From Elusimicrobia bacterium GWB2_63_16 (GTDB lineage Bacteria > Elusimicrobiota > Elusimicrobia > Elusimicrobiales > UBA9959): a stretch of DNA of 64,000 nt. Position numbers and translations under genes: made by a program. Location of the stretch: contig MGTZ01000028.1 in assembly GCA_001799715.1 (NCBI GenBank), forward strand, positions 10,954-74,953. Reading direction: 5' to 3'. This document shows, in pieces, positions 1-10,747 of this stretch (within the stretch, counting starts at the first letter, position 1; the number at the start of each line of letters is the position of its first letter). Under the pieces are notes generated by a model that worked only from the letters and a program-made list of their open reading frames with translations, was not told where the DNA came from and searched no databases.

Positions 1-1
1 G

Positions 2-295
2 CTGCTCGAGCGGGTCTACGCCGACCACGGCGTAGAGTACCGCGCACCGGAAGGGGCGGAGCGGGCGCTTAAAATACTGGCCGCGCTGGGGCGCGCCCCG
101 CGCACCGTGTACCTGCGCGACAGCTGGGCCAAGGCGGCCTCCGTGCCGGAGACGCTGCGTGAGATCGCCGTCAGCATGCGCGTCAACGGCGCCAGGTTCG
201 ACGAGGAGCGCACCCGCGCCCTGCTGAAGCAGTTCACGCGGGGCGGCAAGGTGCGGCAGCTTACCCGCGCCCGCAAGGCCGTGATAATCTGGTGA
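2..295 (+). CDS. 3' end of a CDS starting upstream of the window; product not recognised
   Basis: Frame is open from the window edge to TGA at 293-295 (track shows only the part from 107). Followed by a hairpin terminator. Confidence 0.45.
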   Translation: MLERVYADHGVEYRAPEGAERALKILAALGRAPRTVYLRDSWAKAASVPETLREIAVSMRVNGARFDEERTRALLKQFTRGGKVRQLTRARKAVIIW

Positions 296-321
296 CCTCT
301 CAGGGGACCGCCCCGGAAATA

Positions 322-355
322 AAGAAGGCCGCGCTAGCGCGGCCTTCTTCTTTTA
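322..355. terminator. Bidirectional intrinsic terminator between convergent genes
   Basis: Perfect palindrome aagaaggccgcgc-ta-gcgcggccttctt (322-349) flanked by A-run and T-run. Lies between the stop at 295 (+) and the ackA stop at 367 (-). Confidence 0.6.
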
Positions 356-366
356 AGGGCTGGAGC

Positions 367-1719
367 CTAGACCTTGGCTTCCGACGGGGCCTTCACGGCC
401 ACCTTCGCCAGCGCGGGCTTCTTGACGCACTGCTTGGCGAACGCGTCGTCGCGCAGGTGGTTGCGGTAGCCCGGGTGCTGGAACGTGTAGTCGAAGCGGG
501 TATGGATGTCGTAAGTGCCGTTCATCAGGCCCACCACGTCCTCCACGAACACGCGCTCCTCGTCGGTGGGGATCACGAACACCTTCACCTTGGAGGTCTT
601 GCAGGAGATCTCGGTCTCCGAGTTGCGGGTCTTGGAGATGTCGTTCTTCTCCTTGTCGAGCTTGATGCCCATGAATTCCAGGCCGGTCAGCGCGGCTTCG
701 CGGGTGATGGGGCCCATCTCGCCGACGCCGGCGGTGAACACGACGGCGTCTATGCCGCCGACGGCCGCCGCGTAGGCGCCGATGTACTTGCGGATGCGGT
801 TGGACTCCATGTCCAGCGCCAGCTGCGCGCGGGCGTCGCCCTGCTCGGCGGCCACTTCCACGTCGCGGGCGTCGCTGAACTTGCCGGTGACGCCCAGTTT
901 GCCGGATTTCTTATTGAGAATACCGTCCATCTCGCCGGGGTTCATGCTCTCGCGGGCCATGACGTAGAGCGGGATGGCCGGGTCGTGGTCGCCGGCGCGG
1001 GTGCCCATCACGAGGCCCTCGAGGGGGGTGAAGCCCATGCTGGTGTCGTAGCTGACGCCGTTCTTGACGGCGTTGACCGACGCGCCGTTGCCGATATGGC
1101 AGATGACGAGGTTGGTCTGGAAGGGGTCCTTGCCCAGCAGCACCGCGGCGCGCTTGGCATTGTAGAGGAAGGAGGTGCCGTGGAAGCCGTAGCGGCGGAT
1201 AGCGTACTTCTCGTACCAGGCGCGGGGCAGCGCGTACATATACGAGGCCTCGGGCATGGTCTGGTGCCAGGCGGTGTCCATGATGGCCATGTGGGGGATC
1301 TTGGGCATCAGCAGGCGGGCGGCCTCTATGCCCTGGATGTTCGGGGGATTGTGAAGGGGGGCCAGGGAGCTCAGCTCGCGGAAGGTCTCCACCACCTTGT
1401 CGTCGATGATGACGGATTTCACGAACTTCTCGCCGCCGTGCACGACGCGGTGGCCCACGGCGGAGATGCCCTCGAGGCTGTCTATGACGCCGTGCTCCTT
1501 GTGGGTCAGCGTGGTGATGACCAGCTGGATGGCGTCCTTATGGGTGGGGCAGTCCTGGTTGACGGTGACCTTCTCGCGGCCGGGGGCTTCGATATTGATG
1601 AAGGAGGCGCCTATGCCGACGCGCTCGACGAGGCCGGAGGCGACGGTGGTCTTGGCCTGCCAGTCGAAAAGCAGGTACTTCACGGAAGAACTGCCGCAGT
1701 TAAGACAGAGTATTTTCAT
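367..1719 (-). CDS. ackA: Acetate kinase
   Basis: N-terminus MKILCLNCGSSSVKY and motifs HRVVHGG, FHGTS, CHIGNGASV, VIPTDEE typical of AckA. AGGGGA SD upstream. About 45-aa C-terminal tail beyond the usual end. Confidence 0.95.
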   Translation of the reverse strand: MKILCLNCGSSSVKYLLFDWQAKTTVASGLVERVGIGASFINIEAPGREKVTVNQDCPTHKDAIQLVITTLTHKEHGVIDSLEGISAVGHRVVHGGEKFVKSVIIDDKVVETFRELSSLAPLHNPPNIQGIEAARLLMPKIPHMAIMDTAWHQTMPEASYMYALPRAWYEKYAIRRYGFHGTSFLYNAKRAAVLLGKDPFQTNLVICHIGNGASVNAVKNGVSYDTSMGFTPLEGLVMGTRAGDHDPAIPLYVMARESMNPGEMDGILNKKSGKLGVTGKFSDARDVEVAAEQGDARAQLALDMESNRIRKYIGAYAAAVGGIDAVVFTAGVGEMGPITREAALTGLEFMGIKLDKEKNDISKTRNSETEISCKTSKVKVFVIPTDEERVFVEDVVGLMNGTYDIHTRFDYTFQHPGYRNHLRDDAFAKQCVKKPALAKVAVKAPSEAKV

Positions 1720-1824
1720 TGAGGTTCCCCTTTGTGCAGGCCTGAAAGGTTACGCCCGGTCCTGCCGTTTTTCTATAATCTTATTCTACTAAAATAAACG
1801 CGGTTTGGTTCCCGGAGGAGTTTT

Positions 1825-2217
1825 ATGAAGCGCAGGATCATCATGATAGTGCTGGCGGCCGCGGCGGTTGGCGGCGCGGGCTGGGGGCTGTTCTACCTGC
1901 GGAGCGGTATGGACGCCGCCGAGGTGGTAAGGAAGCTCTCAGGGATCCGTCTCTCCCTGGAGCTCTACCGTCAGGAGCATAAGAAATACCCGGCCTCTTT
2001 CGCCGAAACGCTGCGCGCCGGCACGCTGGAGGCCGCGCCAGAGCTCAAGCTGCCCGGCCATTTAAGAAACTCGCAAGTGCGCGACACGCCCGCCCTGGCG
2101 ATAAAAGACACCGGCGGCTGGGCCTATGTCAGCGATCCCCGCAGCCCCGACTTCGGCCTCCTCTACATCGACTGCTCCCACCGGGACGAAAAGTCCCGCT
2201 TCTGGAGCGAGTTCTAA
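1825..2217 (+). CDS. Hypothetical protein with N-terminal hydrophobic anchor or signal
   Basis: GGAGG SD 6 nt upstream of ATG. N-terminal TM IIMIVLAAAAVGGAGWGLFYL. No family recognised. Confidence 0.6.
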   Translation: MKRRIIMIVLAAAAVGGAGWGLFYLRSGMDAAEVVRKLSGIRLSLELYRQEHKKYPASFAETLRAGTLEAAPELKLPGHLRNSQVRDTPALAIKDTGGWAYVSDPRSPDFGLLYIDCSHRDEKSRFWSEF

Positions 2218-2231
2218 CCTCACCAACCTCC

Positions 2232-2445
2232 GCCCCTGCCGGACTCGCTGGGAGCGATTTTAGTGTGAGGCCCGGCAAAGAGCGCGGCATAATTATGCCG
2301 CGCTCCGGGCCGCAAGGCCGGAGGCGATTTTTCAGCGAAAATCGCCGAGGCGGGGCCGCGCAAAAGCGCTGTGCGGTTTATGCGTGGCCAGGGCACAACA
2401 CCATACGCGCACGCTCTATGAGCGAGCAGCGAGTCCGGCAGGGGC
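2232..2445. repeat. 214-bp structured element bounded by a 19-bp perfect inverted repeat (MITE-like or structured RNA)
   Basis: 2232-2250 gcccctgccggactcgctg is the exact reverse complement of 2427-2445. Interior holds a 26-nt perfect palindrome (2280-2305) and a 9-bp hairpin ggcgatttt/aaaatcgcc (2323-2346). Confidence 0.5.
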
Positions 2446-2522
2446 AGGCAAGCAGGTGCGCTAAATGTTGCGCACGTTATAATGGAGCGAGGGGCCAGAT
2501 CACGAACGGGCCCGATAGACTA

Positions 2523-3566
2523 TCAGGACGCGAGGGAGTCTTCGTAGAGGCGCAGCAGGATGTTGGCCACCACGGGGACGGACATGTTGTTGTTGACGTA
2601 GTCGAAAGCCATCTTGGACATGGCGTGGCAGGCGGCGGGGTTGCCGATGAGGCGGATCACGGCCCGCGCGCAGGCCAGCGGGTCCTCGGGCGTCACTATC
2701 ACGCCGTTGCGCTCGTTCACCGTAAAATCGCTCAGGCCCTTCAGGCGCGGGATCACGCAGGTCACGCCGGAGGCCTGCGCCTCTATGAGCGACATCGACA
2801 GCCCCGGGCGCCGCGCGGTCTTGGCGTAAATGTGCATCATCGCCATCACCTCGGGCATGTCGTTGCGGTCGGAGAGGATGTCCACCTTGTGGCTGATATC
2901 CATGGAGCGGGCGAAGGCCCGGATGCGCTCGTCCTTGAGCCCCACCAGCATAAAATTGGTCTCCGGCATGACGGCCAGCACTTCCTTGGCCATCATCAGG
3001 AACAGCTCCTGTTCCTTGAGCGTCGGGTCCATGCTCACCGTGCCCACCCGGTAGGGGCGCTTCTGGAACATCGCGGGCTTGATCAGCATCGCGCTCTCCC
3101 AGCGGCCTATGCTCAGGCAGGGCGGCACCATGAAGGTGCGGCGCGGCTCCAGTCCGGCGGAAATGAACTCCTCCTGCACGGAATTGCAGGCGCCCAGGAA
3201 GAGCTCGACGTAAGGCGCCGCCTGCGCCAGCCGCTCGAAAGCCCTGGGGCTGCCCAGCTTGAACTGGGTGACGAAGACGCGCGAACCGGCAGCCTTGATC
3301 TTTTTGAGCAGCAGCGGGCTAAGCGAGTCCGGGTTGTGGAAATTCACGATGTCCCAGCCCGCGGAGTCGAAGAAGCCCAGCTTGGTCTTGAGCGTCAGCG
3401 GCATCACCTGCACCTTGAGTTTGGCGCACTCGGCGGCCAGGCGGGAGCCGCCGGGGCAGAGCACGGCGGCGTTGTGGCCCAGCTTGGCGTAGCGGGCGGC
3501 AGTGTGCAGCGCCTGATAGCCCACCAGGTCCCAGACAGCGGAATCGCAGACGTTGAGGATGTTCAC
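2523..3566 (-). CDS. Glycosyltransferase, family 4 (GT-B, group 1)
   Basis: 347-aa ORF. C-terminal half has a GT4-like pattern (LIEAQASGVTCVIP...GVIV). GTG start overlaps the upstream stop (GTGA). Confidence 0.85.
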   Translation of the reverse strand: MNILNVCDSAVWDLVGYQALHTAARYAKLGHNAAVLCPGGSRLAAECAKLKVQVMPLTLKTKLGFFDSAGWDIVNFHNPDSLSPLLLKKIKAAGSRVFVTQFKLGSPRAFERLAQAAPYVELFLGACNSVQEEFISAGLEPRRTFMVPPCLSIGRWESAMLIKPAMFQKRPYRVGTVSMDPTLKEQELFLMMAKEVLAVMPETNFMLVGLKDERIRAFARSMDISHKVDILSDRNDMPEVMAMMHIYAKTARRPGLSMSLIEAQASGVTCVIPRLKGLSDFTVNERNGVIVTPEDPLACARAVIRLIGNPAACHAMSKMAFDYVNNNMSVPVVANILLRLYEDSLAS

Positions 3567-4321
3567 GGGCGGGCTCCCGGGCCGCGCGCGAGCTTCCGCA
3601 GCTCCCGCTCGGCGTTGCGCAGGTAGAATTCGTCGCGGGAGGTGGCCAGGATGTCTGCGTAAATGGCCGCCGCCGCCGCGTAATTGCCGGCCCGCTTATT
3701 GAGGAAGGCCGCCAGCTGTTTGAGCATCACCGGGCAATCCGGCTCGCGCAGCAGCGGCTTGATGGCCTCGGCCACGGCCGCCGGGTCCTGCGCCTTGCTG
3801 TAGCCGATGGCCGCCAGCACGGTCAGGTACTTCCATTCCTTAGGGGAATATTTAAGGCCGTAATTGAGCAGCTCCTCCGCCTCGGCGGGCCGCTCCATGT
3901 TGAAGGCCAGCGACCCCGCGCCGTACAGGCAGGCAGCGGTAAAGGACGGGTCCACCTCCAGCACATGGCGCGCCATGGGCAGGAACCTCGGGTAATCGCC
4001 CTTGCCGTAGTTGGCGCCGTGGTCGCAATGCACATGGCCGTGTTCGTCCACGCGGTGCCGGTGCGTCTCGTGACCGGGCTGGTCCGAGACCTCGCTCACC
4101 TCCCGCCTGCCGTAATACTGCAGCAGCCGCACGAACCAGAGGTCGGCGAAGGCCCGGCGGGCGCCCAGCGCGAGCGCGAGCATATCGCCGCCGGCGCCGT
4201 CGAGCGGCGCGCGCATTTCCGAAGGCGGAGGGAACGGGGCGCGGTAGGAGGCCCCGGCCCAGGCTCCGGCGGCCCAGCACAACAGGGCGGCGGCTGGCAG
4301 GCCGTAGCCCCGGCTGCGCAT
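3563..4321 (-). CDS. Secreted His-rich protein with TPR-like helical repeats
   Basis: Track ORF 3563-4639 trimmed to ATG at 4321, which overlaps the permease stop (ATGA). Signal-like LPAAALLCWAAGAWAGA. HETHRHRVDEHGHVHCDH has 7 His in 18 residues (nt 4019-4072). Confidence 0.6.
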   Translation of the reverse strand: MRSRGYGLPAAALLCWAAGAWAGASYRAPFPPPSEMRAPLDGAGGDMLALALGARRAFADLWFVRLLQYYGRREVSEVSDQPGHETHRHRVDEHGHVHCDHGANYGKGDYPRFLPMARHVLEVDPSFTAACLYGAGSLAFNMERPAEAEELLNYGLKYSPKEWKYLTVLAAIGYSKAQDPAAVAEAIKPLLREPDCPVMLKQLAAFLNKRAGNYAAAAAIYADILATSRDEFYLRNAERELRKLARGPGARP

Positions 4322-5085
4322 CAGAATTCCTTCCTCGACAGCAGCCAGAGGCCGGCGAGGTAGCAGGCCAGGGTCCAGGCCGCCGCGGGCAGCAGTACCG
4401 AGGCGGGCAGGGCGCCGGCCGCGCCGGCGGCGTCGCGCGCGTTGAACAGCTGCAGATTGGGCACCAGGTTGATCAGCAGGCCCAGCAGCAGGCCCTTGAA
4501 GCCTGCCGCTTCCTCGGCGAGGAAGCGGGCCTCGGCGGCGAAATGCCCCAGGGTCCACATGATGGCCGAGATGACCAGCGTGGACACCGCGGAGGTGGAG
4601 AAGAGCGAGACGAAGAAGGCGAACGAGACTATAACGCACAGTTTCAGGAAGATGCCGGCCAGGGCCCAGCCGTAGAACGGGGGCAGGCCGAAGCCGCGGA
4701 AGTAGAGCAGGCTCAGGTGTATGGCGCCCATGAGCAGCAGCATCATCGCGCCGGTCAGCAGCGCCCCGGCCAGTTTGCCGGCCAGGTAGGCCCAGCGCGG
4801 CACCGGGCGGGAGAAGACCAGGTAGATAGTCTTGGTCTCGGCTTCCCGCAGCAGCGAGGACGAGGCGTTGAACAGCAGGTAAGCCAGCGTGGTCAGCTCG
4901 GTCAGCAGCAGGCCGAAGTCGCCCAGCAGGCGCTCCTCCTGGTCCACGGCCATCACGCCGGCCAGCACCGAGGCGTAAACCGCGGTGAAGGCGAAAACGG
5001 CGAACATCGTGAAGAAGCGGCTGCGCGCACCCTCCAGGAAGGAGTTCAGCGCCACGGACCAGACCAGGGCGGCGTATTTCCTCAT
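4321..5085 (-). CDS. ABC-2 type transporter permease
   Basis: Multi-TM protein. Start trimmed to MRKYAALVW at 5085, overlapping the ATPase stop (ATGA). Confidence 0.75.
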   Translation of the reverse strand: MRKYAALVWSVALNSFLEGARSRFFTMFAVFAFTAVYASVLAGVMAVDQEERLLGDFGLLLTELTTLAYLLFNASSSLLREAETKTIYLVFSRPVPRWAYLAGKLAGALLTGAMMLLLMGAIHLSLLYFRGFGLPPFYGWALAGIFLKLCVIVSFAFFVSLFSTSAVSTLVISAIMWTLGHFAAEARFLAEEAAGFKGLLLGLLINLVPNLQLFNARDAAGAAGALPASVLLPAAAWTLACYLAGLWLLSRKEF

Positions 5086-5816
5086 CTGACGGCCTCCACG
5101 AAGATGCCTTCCAGCCCCGCGGGAGAGGCCTCCCATTCCTGGCGCTTGACCGTGCGCGCGAGGGTGCCCCGCACCATGATCAGCACGCGGGAGCAGAGCT
5201 TCTCCACCTCGGAGATGCTGTGGGAAGAAAGGAAGATGGCCCGGCCTTCGGAGTTCAGGCCGGCCAGCAGGCTCCGGATGTCGTGGATGGCCAGCGGGTC
5301 GAGGCCGCTGACGGGTTCGTCGAGCACGAGCAGGTCGGGGGAGTGCAGCAGGGCCTGCGCCAGGCCCAGACGCTGCAGCATGCCTTTGGAAAATTCGGAG
5401 ACCCGCTTGCCGGCGTGCGGCTCCAGGCCGGTCTTGCGCATGGCGTCCTCCACCGCGGCGGCCAGCGCCGCGCCGGAGAGGCCCGAGAGGCGGCCGTAGT
5501 AGGCCAGCGCGTCGGCGGGTTTTAGCTGCGGGGGGAAATAGGGGAGTTCCGGCAGGAAGCCGACCCTGGCCTTGGCCGCCTCGTCGGAAGGGGAGTGGCC
5601 GAAGACCCTGATCTTGCCGGCGTCGGGGAACAGCAGGCCGGTGATCAGCTTCATGATGGTGGTCTTGCCGGCGCCGTTGAGGCCCAGCAGGCCGGTGACC
5701 TCCCCGGCCGGGAGCTCGAAGGAGACGTCCGTCAGCGCGGTATGGTAGCGCGCGCCCAGCAGGCCGGGGCGCCTATAGGTCTTGCCCACGCCAGCGAAAG
5801 AGACGGCGTGCTTCAT
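5082..5816 (-). CDS. ABC transporter ATP-binding protein
   Basis: Walker A GLNGAGKTT, signature FSKGMLQRL, Walker B LLVLDEP. Start trimmed to MKHAVSF at 5816, overlapping the DUF885 stop. Confidence 0.9.
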   Translation of the reverse strand: MKHAVSFAGVGKTYRRPGLLGARYHTALTDVSFELPAGEVTGLLGLNGAGKTTIMKLITGLLFPDAGKIRVFGHSPSDEAAKARVGFLPELPYFPPQLKPADALAYYGRLSGLSGAALAAAVEDAMRKTGLEPHAGKRVSEFSKGMLQRLGLAQALLHSPDLLVLDEPVSGLDPLAIHDIRSLLAGLNSEGRAIFLSSHSISEVEKLCSRVLIMVRGTLARTVKRQEWEASPAGLEGIFVEAVR

Positions 5817-7615
5817 CTTATGATCTTCGCCTCCTCGCGCTTGACGCGGCGCATTTCCTCGGCGATCCGCTCTATCGGGATCTCGCCCATCCTCAGGAAG
5901 GCGGTGTGGAATTTGCGCAGGTCGAAATACTTGGCCTCGGTGCGCTCGTAGTAACGGCGCATCTGCAGGATGCGGTCCAGGCCGTAGATGTAGCTGAAGC
6001 CGTCCGTGGGCGCCAGCGAGAGCTTGAGCACCTCGGAGTCCGCCTGGGCCCTGGTCATGCCCAGGTTCTCCTGGAAGAAGGCTGACGCCTTTTCGGCCGT
6101 CCACTTGCGGGTGTGCAGCGCGGCGTCGGCGTAGGCGCGCGCGGCGCGCAGCGCCCTGACGTAGCAGCGCAGGAAGCGGGACCAGTAGGAGGAATAGTAA
6201 CCCATCTCCTCGCTGAGCAGCTCGGCGTAGCAGGCCCAGCCGTTGGCGACCACCGGCTGGCGCGAGACGCGGCGGATGCGGGAGCGGTTGGAGGAGGCCT
6301 CGAAGCTGCGCAGGTGCAGGCCCGGCATGATGGAGTAGGCCGTCAGCAGCTCCACCTGGGCGTAGTTGAAGCCGGCCGCCAGCACGCGCTCGCGCGCGGC
6401 CTCGGGCATGGCGTCGGGCGGCAGCTGCACGTACAGGTCCGAGATGCGGGTGTCGTCGAGAGCGAAGGACGGGGCGTAGTAGACGTAAGGCAGCACGGAG
6501 CCCATGAAGGCCGGCATGCGCTTGATAAGCAGCCGCTGGCGGGGGAACTCCACCACTTTATGCTCGTCGAAGTGCTGGTAGGCGCGGTCCATCTCGTCCT
6601 GGAAGACCTGCAGCACTTCGCCGGGGGCCGGGTGCTCCTTGGGCAGCTTCTCCAGCACGCCGCGCCAGCCCTTCTCCTTGGCCAGCATCGCGTCGACGTT
6701 GGAGGCTTCGCGGGCCAGGTCCTTCATGGCCGTCTTGAAGGCCTTTTTGGAGTAGCTCATCGCCGAGCCGGGCGTCATGTCCAGCGCGTGCAGGCGCTCG
6801 AGGTAAAAGCCGTAGGTATAGTCCCCGGCCCTGAAATCGGAATCGGAATTGGGCAGGACGTTCTTCTGCAGGAAATCGGCGTAGCGCGACAGCGCGGTCT
6901 TCACCTTGTCCATCGTCTCGTCCACCTGGCCCTTCAGCGTGGGGTCGTAGCGGGTATAGCCGCGGAAGACCTGCGCGGAGTCGGCGACGAAATTATTGAG
7001 GGCCTCGTTGGTCTGCCTGATGGCCTGGCGGGTCCAGATCTCCGGCGGGCGGGACAGGTTGCGCTCGGCCTGCTCCAGTACCGACGGGAACAGCTTCAGG
7101 CGCGAGATGGCGTTGGAGGCGCGGGTGTTGTAGTCCTCGTAGTCCTTGCTCATCATCTGGTAGACGAGGAAGAGGGGCTCCAGGTAGGTCTGGGGGCGGC
7201 GCGAGAGCAGCCCCTGAGTCTCCAGCTCGTAAATATCCACCTCGAGCATGTGGTCCAGCGCCTCGTAGTCCACCTTGAGGGCGGGGAACATCGTGGCCTT
7301 CTTGATCTCGAGGAGCTTGGCACGCAGGCGCTTTATCGCCTCCAGCTGGCGGGAGACCCGCTCCTGCGAGCGCGAGGTGAGCACGGCGTCGGCCCCGTGC
7401 AGGCCCAGGCGCGTGGCGCGCTCCGGGTCGTACATCTGTATGGTGGCGAGGTACTGGGAGAATACCTCGTTGAGCTTGGTGCTCTCCAGGGTGCCCTCTA
7501 TTTCCTCGGTGCTGAGCTTATCCTCGTAGGCGGGCAGGGCGGCGGGGGACAGCAGGAGCGCCAGCGCCGCGCAGGCGGCGAGGGCGGATCTTCGCGTGGA
7601 AAGCAGTTCTCTCAT
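5813..7615 (-). CDS. DUF885 family protein (secreted)
   Basis: Signal peptide. C-terminal pattern NGWACYAELLSEEMGYY...FDLRKFHTAFLRMGEIPIE matches the DUF885 layout as I remember it. Confidence 0.7.
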   Translation of the reverse strand: MRELLSTRRSALAACAALALLLSPAALPAYEDKLSTEEIEGTLESTKLNEVFSQYLATIQMYDPERATRLGLHGADAVLTSRSQERVSRQLEAIKRLRAKLLEIKKATMFPALKVDYEALDHMLEVDIYELETQGLLSRRPQTYLEPLFLVYQMMSKDYEDYNTRASNAISRLKLFPSVLEQAERNLSRPPEIWTRQAIRQTNEALNNFVADSAQVFRGYTRYDPTLKGQVDETMDKVKTALSRYADFLQKNVLPNSDSDFRAGDYTYGFYLERLHALDMTPGSAMSYSKKAFKTAMKDLAREASNVDAMLAKEKGWRGVLEKLPKEHPAPGEVLQVFQDEMDRAYQHFDEHKVVEFPRQRLLIKRMPAFMGSVLPYVYYAPSFALDDTRISDLYVQLPPDAMPEAARERVLAAGFNYAQVELLTAYSIMPGLHLRSFEASSNRSRIRRVSRQPVVANGWACYAELLSEEMGYYSSYWSRFLRCYVRALRAARAYADAALHTRKWTAEKASAFFQENLGMTRAQADSEVLKLSLAPTDGFSYIYGLDRILQMRRYYERTEAKYFDLRKFHTAFLRMGEIPIERIAEEMRRVKREEAKIIR

Positions 7616-7655
7616 CTCAATCCTCCGCTGCGGCCAGGCGCCGCCGTTGCCGGCG

Positions 7656-10031
<2,376 letters not shown>

Positions 10032-10061
10032 GTCGTATGGTCCTGCGGTGCGCTATCCCCC

Positions 10062-10106
10062 AAAAAACGGCCGCGCCCCCGCCCCGGGAGGGGCGGGCGG
10101 GCGCGG
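10062..10106 (-). terminator. Candidate intrinsic terminator between clpP and lon
   Basis: GC-rich imperfect hairpin (10071-10106), followed on the minus strand by a U6 run (aaaaaa at 10062-10067). Confidence 0.45.
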
Positions 10107-10113
10107 GAGCGGC

Positions 10114-10722
10114 TTACTTCTTGCGGTGCTCGAGGACCGAGTCGATAATGCCGTATTCCTTGGCCTCGGCCGCGGAGAGGTAGAAGTTCCTTTCCATGTC
10201 GGCGCGCACCTTCTCCGGGCTCCTGCCGGTATGCTTGGCCATGATATTGATGAGCCGGGTCTTGCTCTCCTGCATTTCCTTGCTCTCGATCTCGATGTCG
10301 GTGGCCTGGCCGGAGATGCCGCCGCCCCAGATGAGGGGCTGGTGGATCATGATGCGGGAGTTCGGCAGCGCGTAGCGCTTGCCGGGGGAACCCGCGGCCA
10401 GCAGCACGGCGCCGAAGCTCATGGCCATGCCCATGCAGATCGTGGAGATCGGGGCCTTGATGAACTGCATCGTGTCGTAGACCGCCAGGCCGGCCGTCAC
10501 CATGCCGCCGGGGGAATTGATGTAGAGGTTGATCTCCTTTTCGGGGTCCTCGGCGTCGAGGTACAGCAGCTGGGCGATGACGGTATTGGCGGAGGCGGTG
10601 GACACCGCGCCCTCCGGGTCGCCTATGAAGACGATGCGGTCGCGCAGCAGGCGGGAGTATATGTCATACCCCATAGCCGAGCCGGCGCCTTTCCAGGTTT
10701 CTATGATCGTTGGGATTATCAT
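10114..10722 (-). CDS. clpP: ATP-dependent Clp protease proteolytic subunit
   Basis: 202 aa. [15 protein letters not shown] (catalytic Ser context) and IMIHQP motifs. Confidence 0.95.
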   Translation of the reverse strand: MIIPTIIETWKGAGSAMGYDIYSRLLRDRIVFIGDPEGAVSTASANTVIAQLLYLDAEDPEKEINLYINSPGGMVTAGLAVYDTMQFIKAPISTICMGMAMSFGAVLLAAGSPGKRYALPNSRIMIHQPLIWGGGISGQATDIEIESKEMQESKTRLINIMAKHTGRSPEKVRADMERNFYLSAAEAKEYGIIDSVLEHRKK

Positions 10723-10747
10723 TAGTTCTCCTTACGGTACGGTCCGC

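Noticed and set aside
292-1722. 476-aa plus-strand ORF fully overlapping ackA. Similar long ORFs lie opposite real genes: 2265-3626, 6113-7672, 7596-10148, 10529-12031, 12512-13549, 15574-16503, 17282-18331, 18202-19155, 21300-22265, 24389-25399, 26132-27379, 28788-29762, 32195-33421, 39060-40724, 42473-45772, 46000-46998, 48022-49602, 54439-57153, 59697-61211, 61165-62451, 62640-63971.
   Set aside because: These are shadow ORFs expected in a high-GC genome. Their translations are Gly/Ala/Arg/His/Val-rich low-complexity strings with no recognisable motifs. The opposite strand in each case encodes a clearly recognisable conserved protein.
3563-4639. N-terminal extensions of track ORFs: 3563-4639, 4321-5136, 5082-6104, 15310-16563, 17587-19137, 21893-23044, 23743-24426, 24649-26142, 27349-28848, 29882-30517, 30193-31008, 49882-52812.
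   Set aside because: The extended parts overlap the upstream gene in another frame and translate to Arg/Pro/Gly-rich junk. Each was trimmed to the start codon that overlaps or abuts the upstream stop and begins the conserved sequence.
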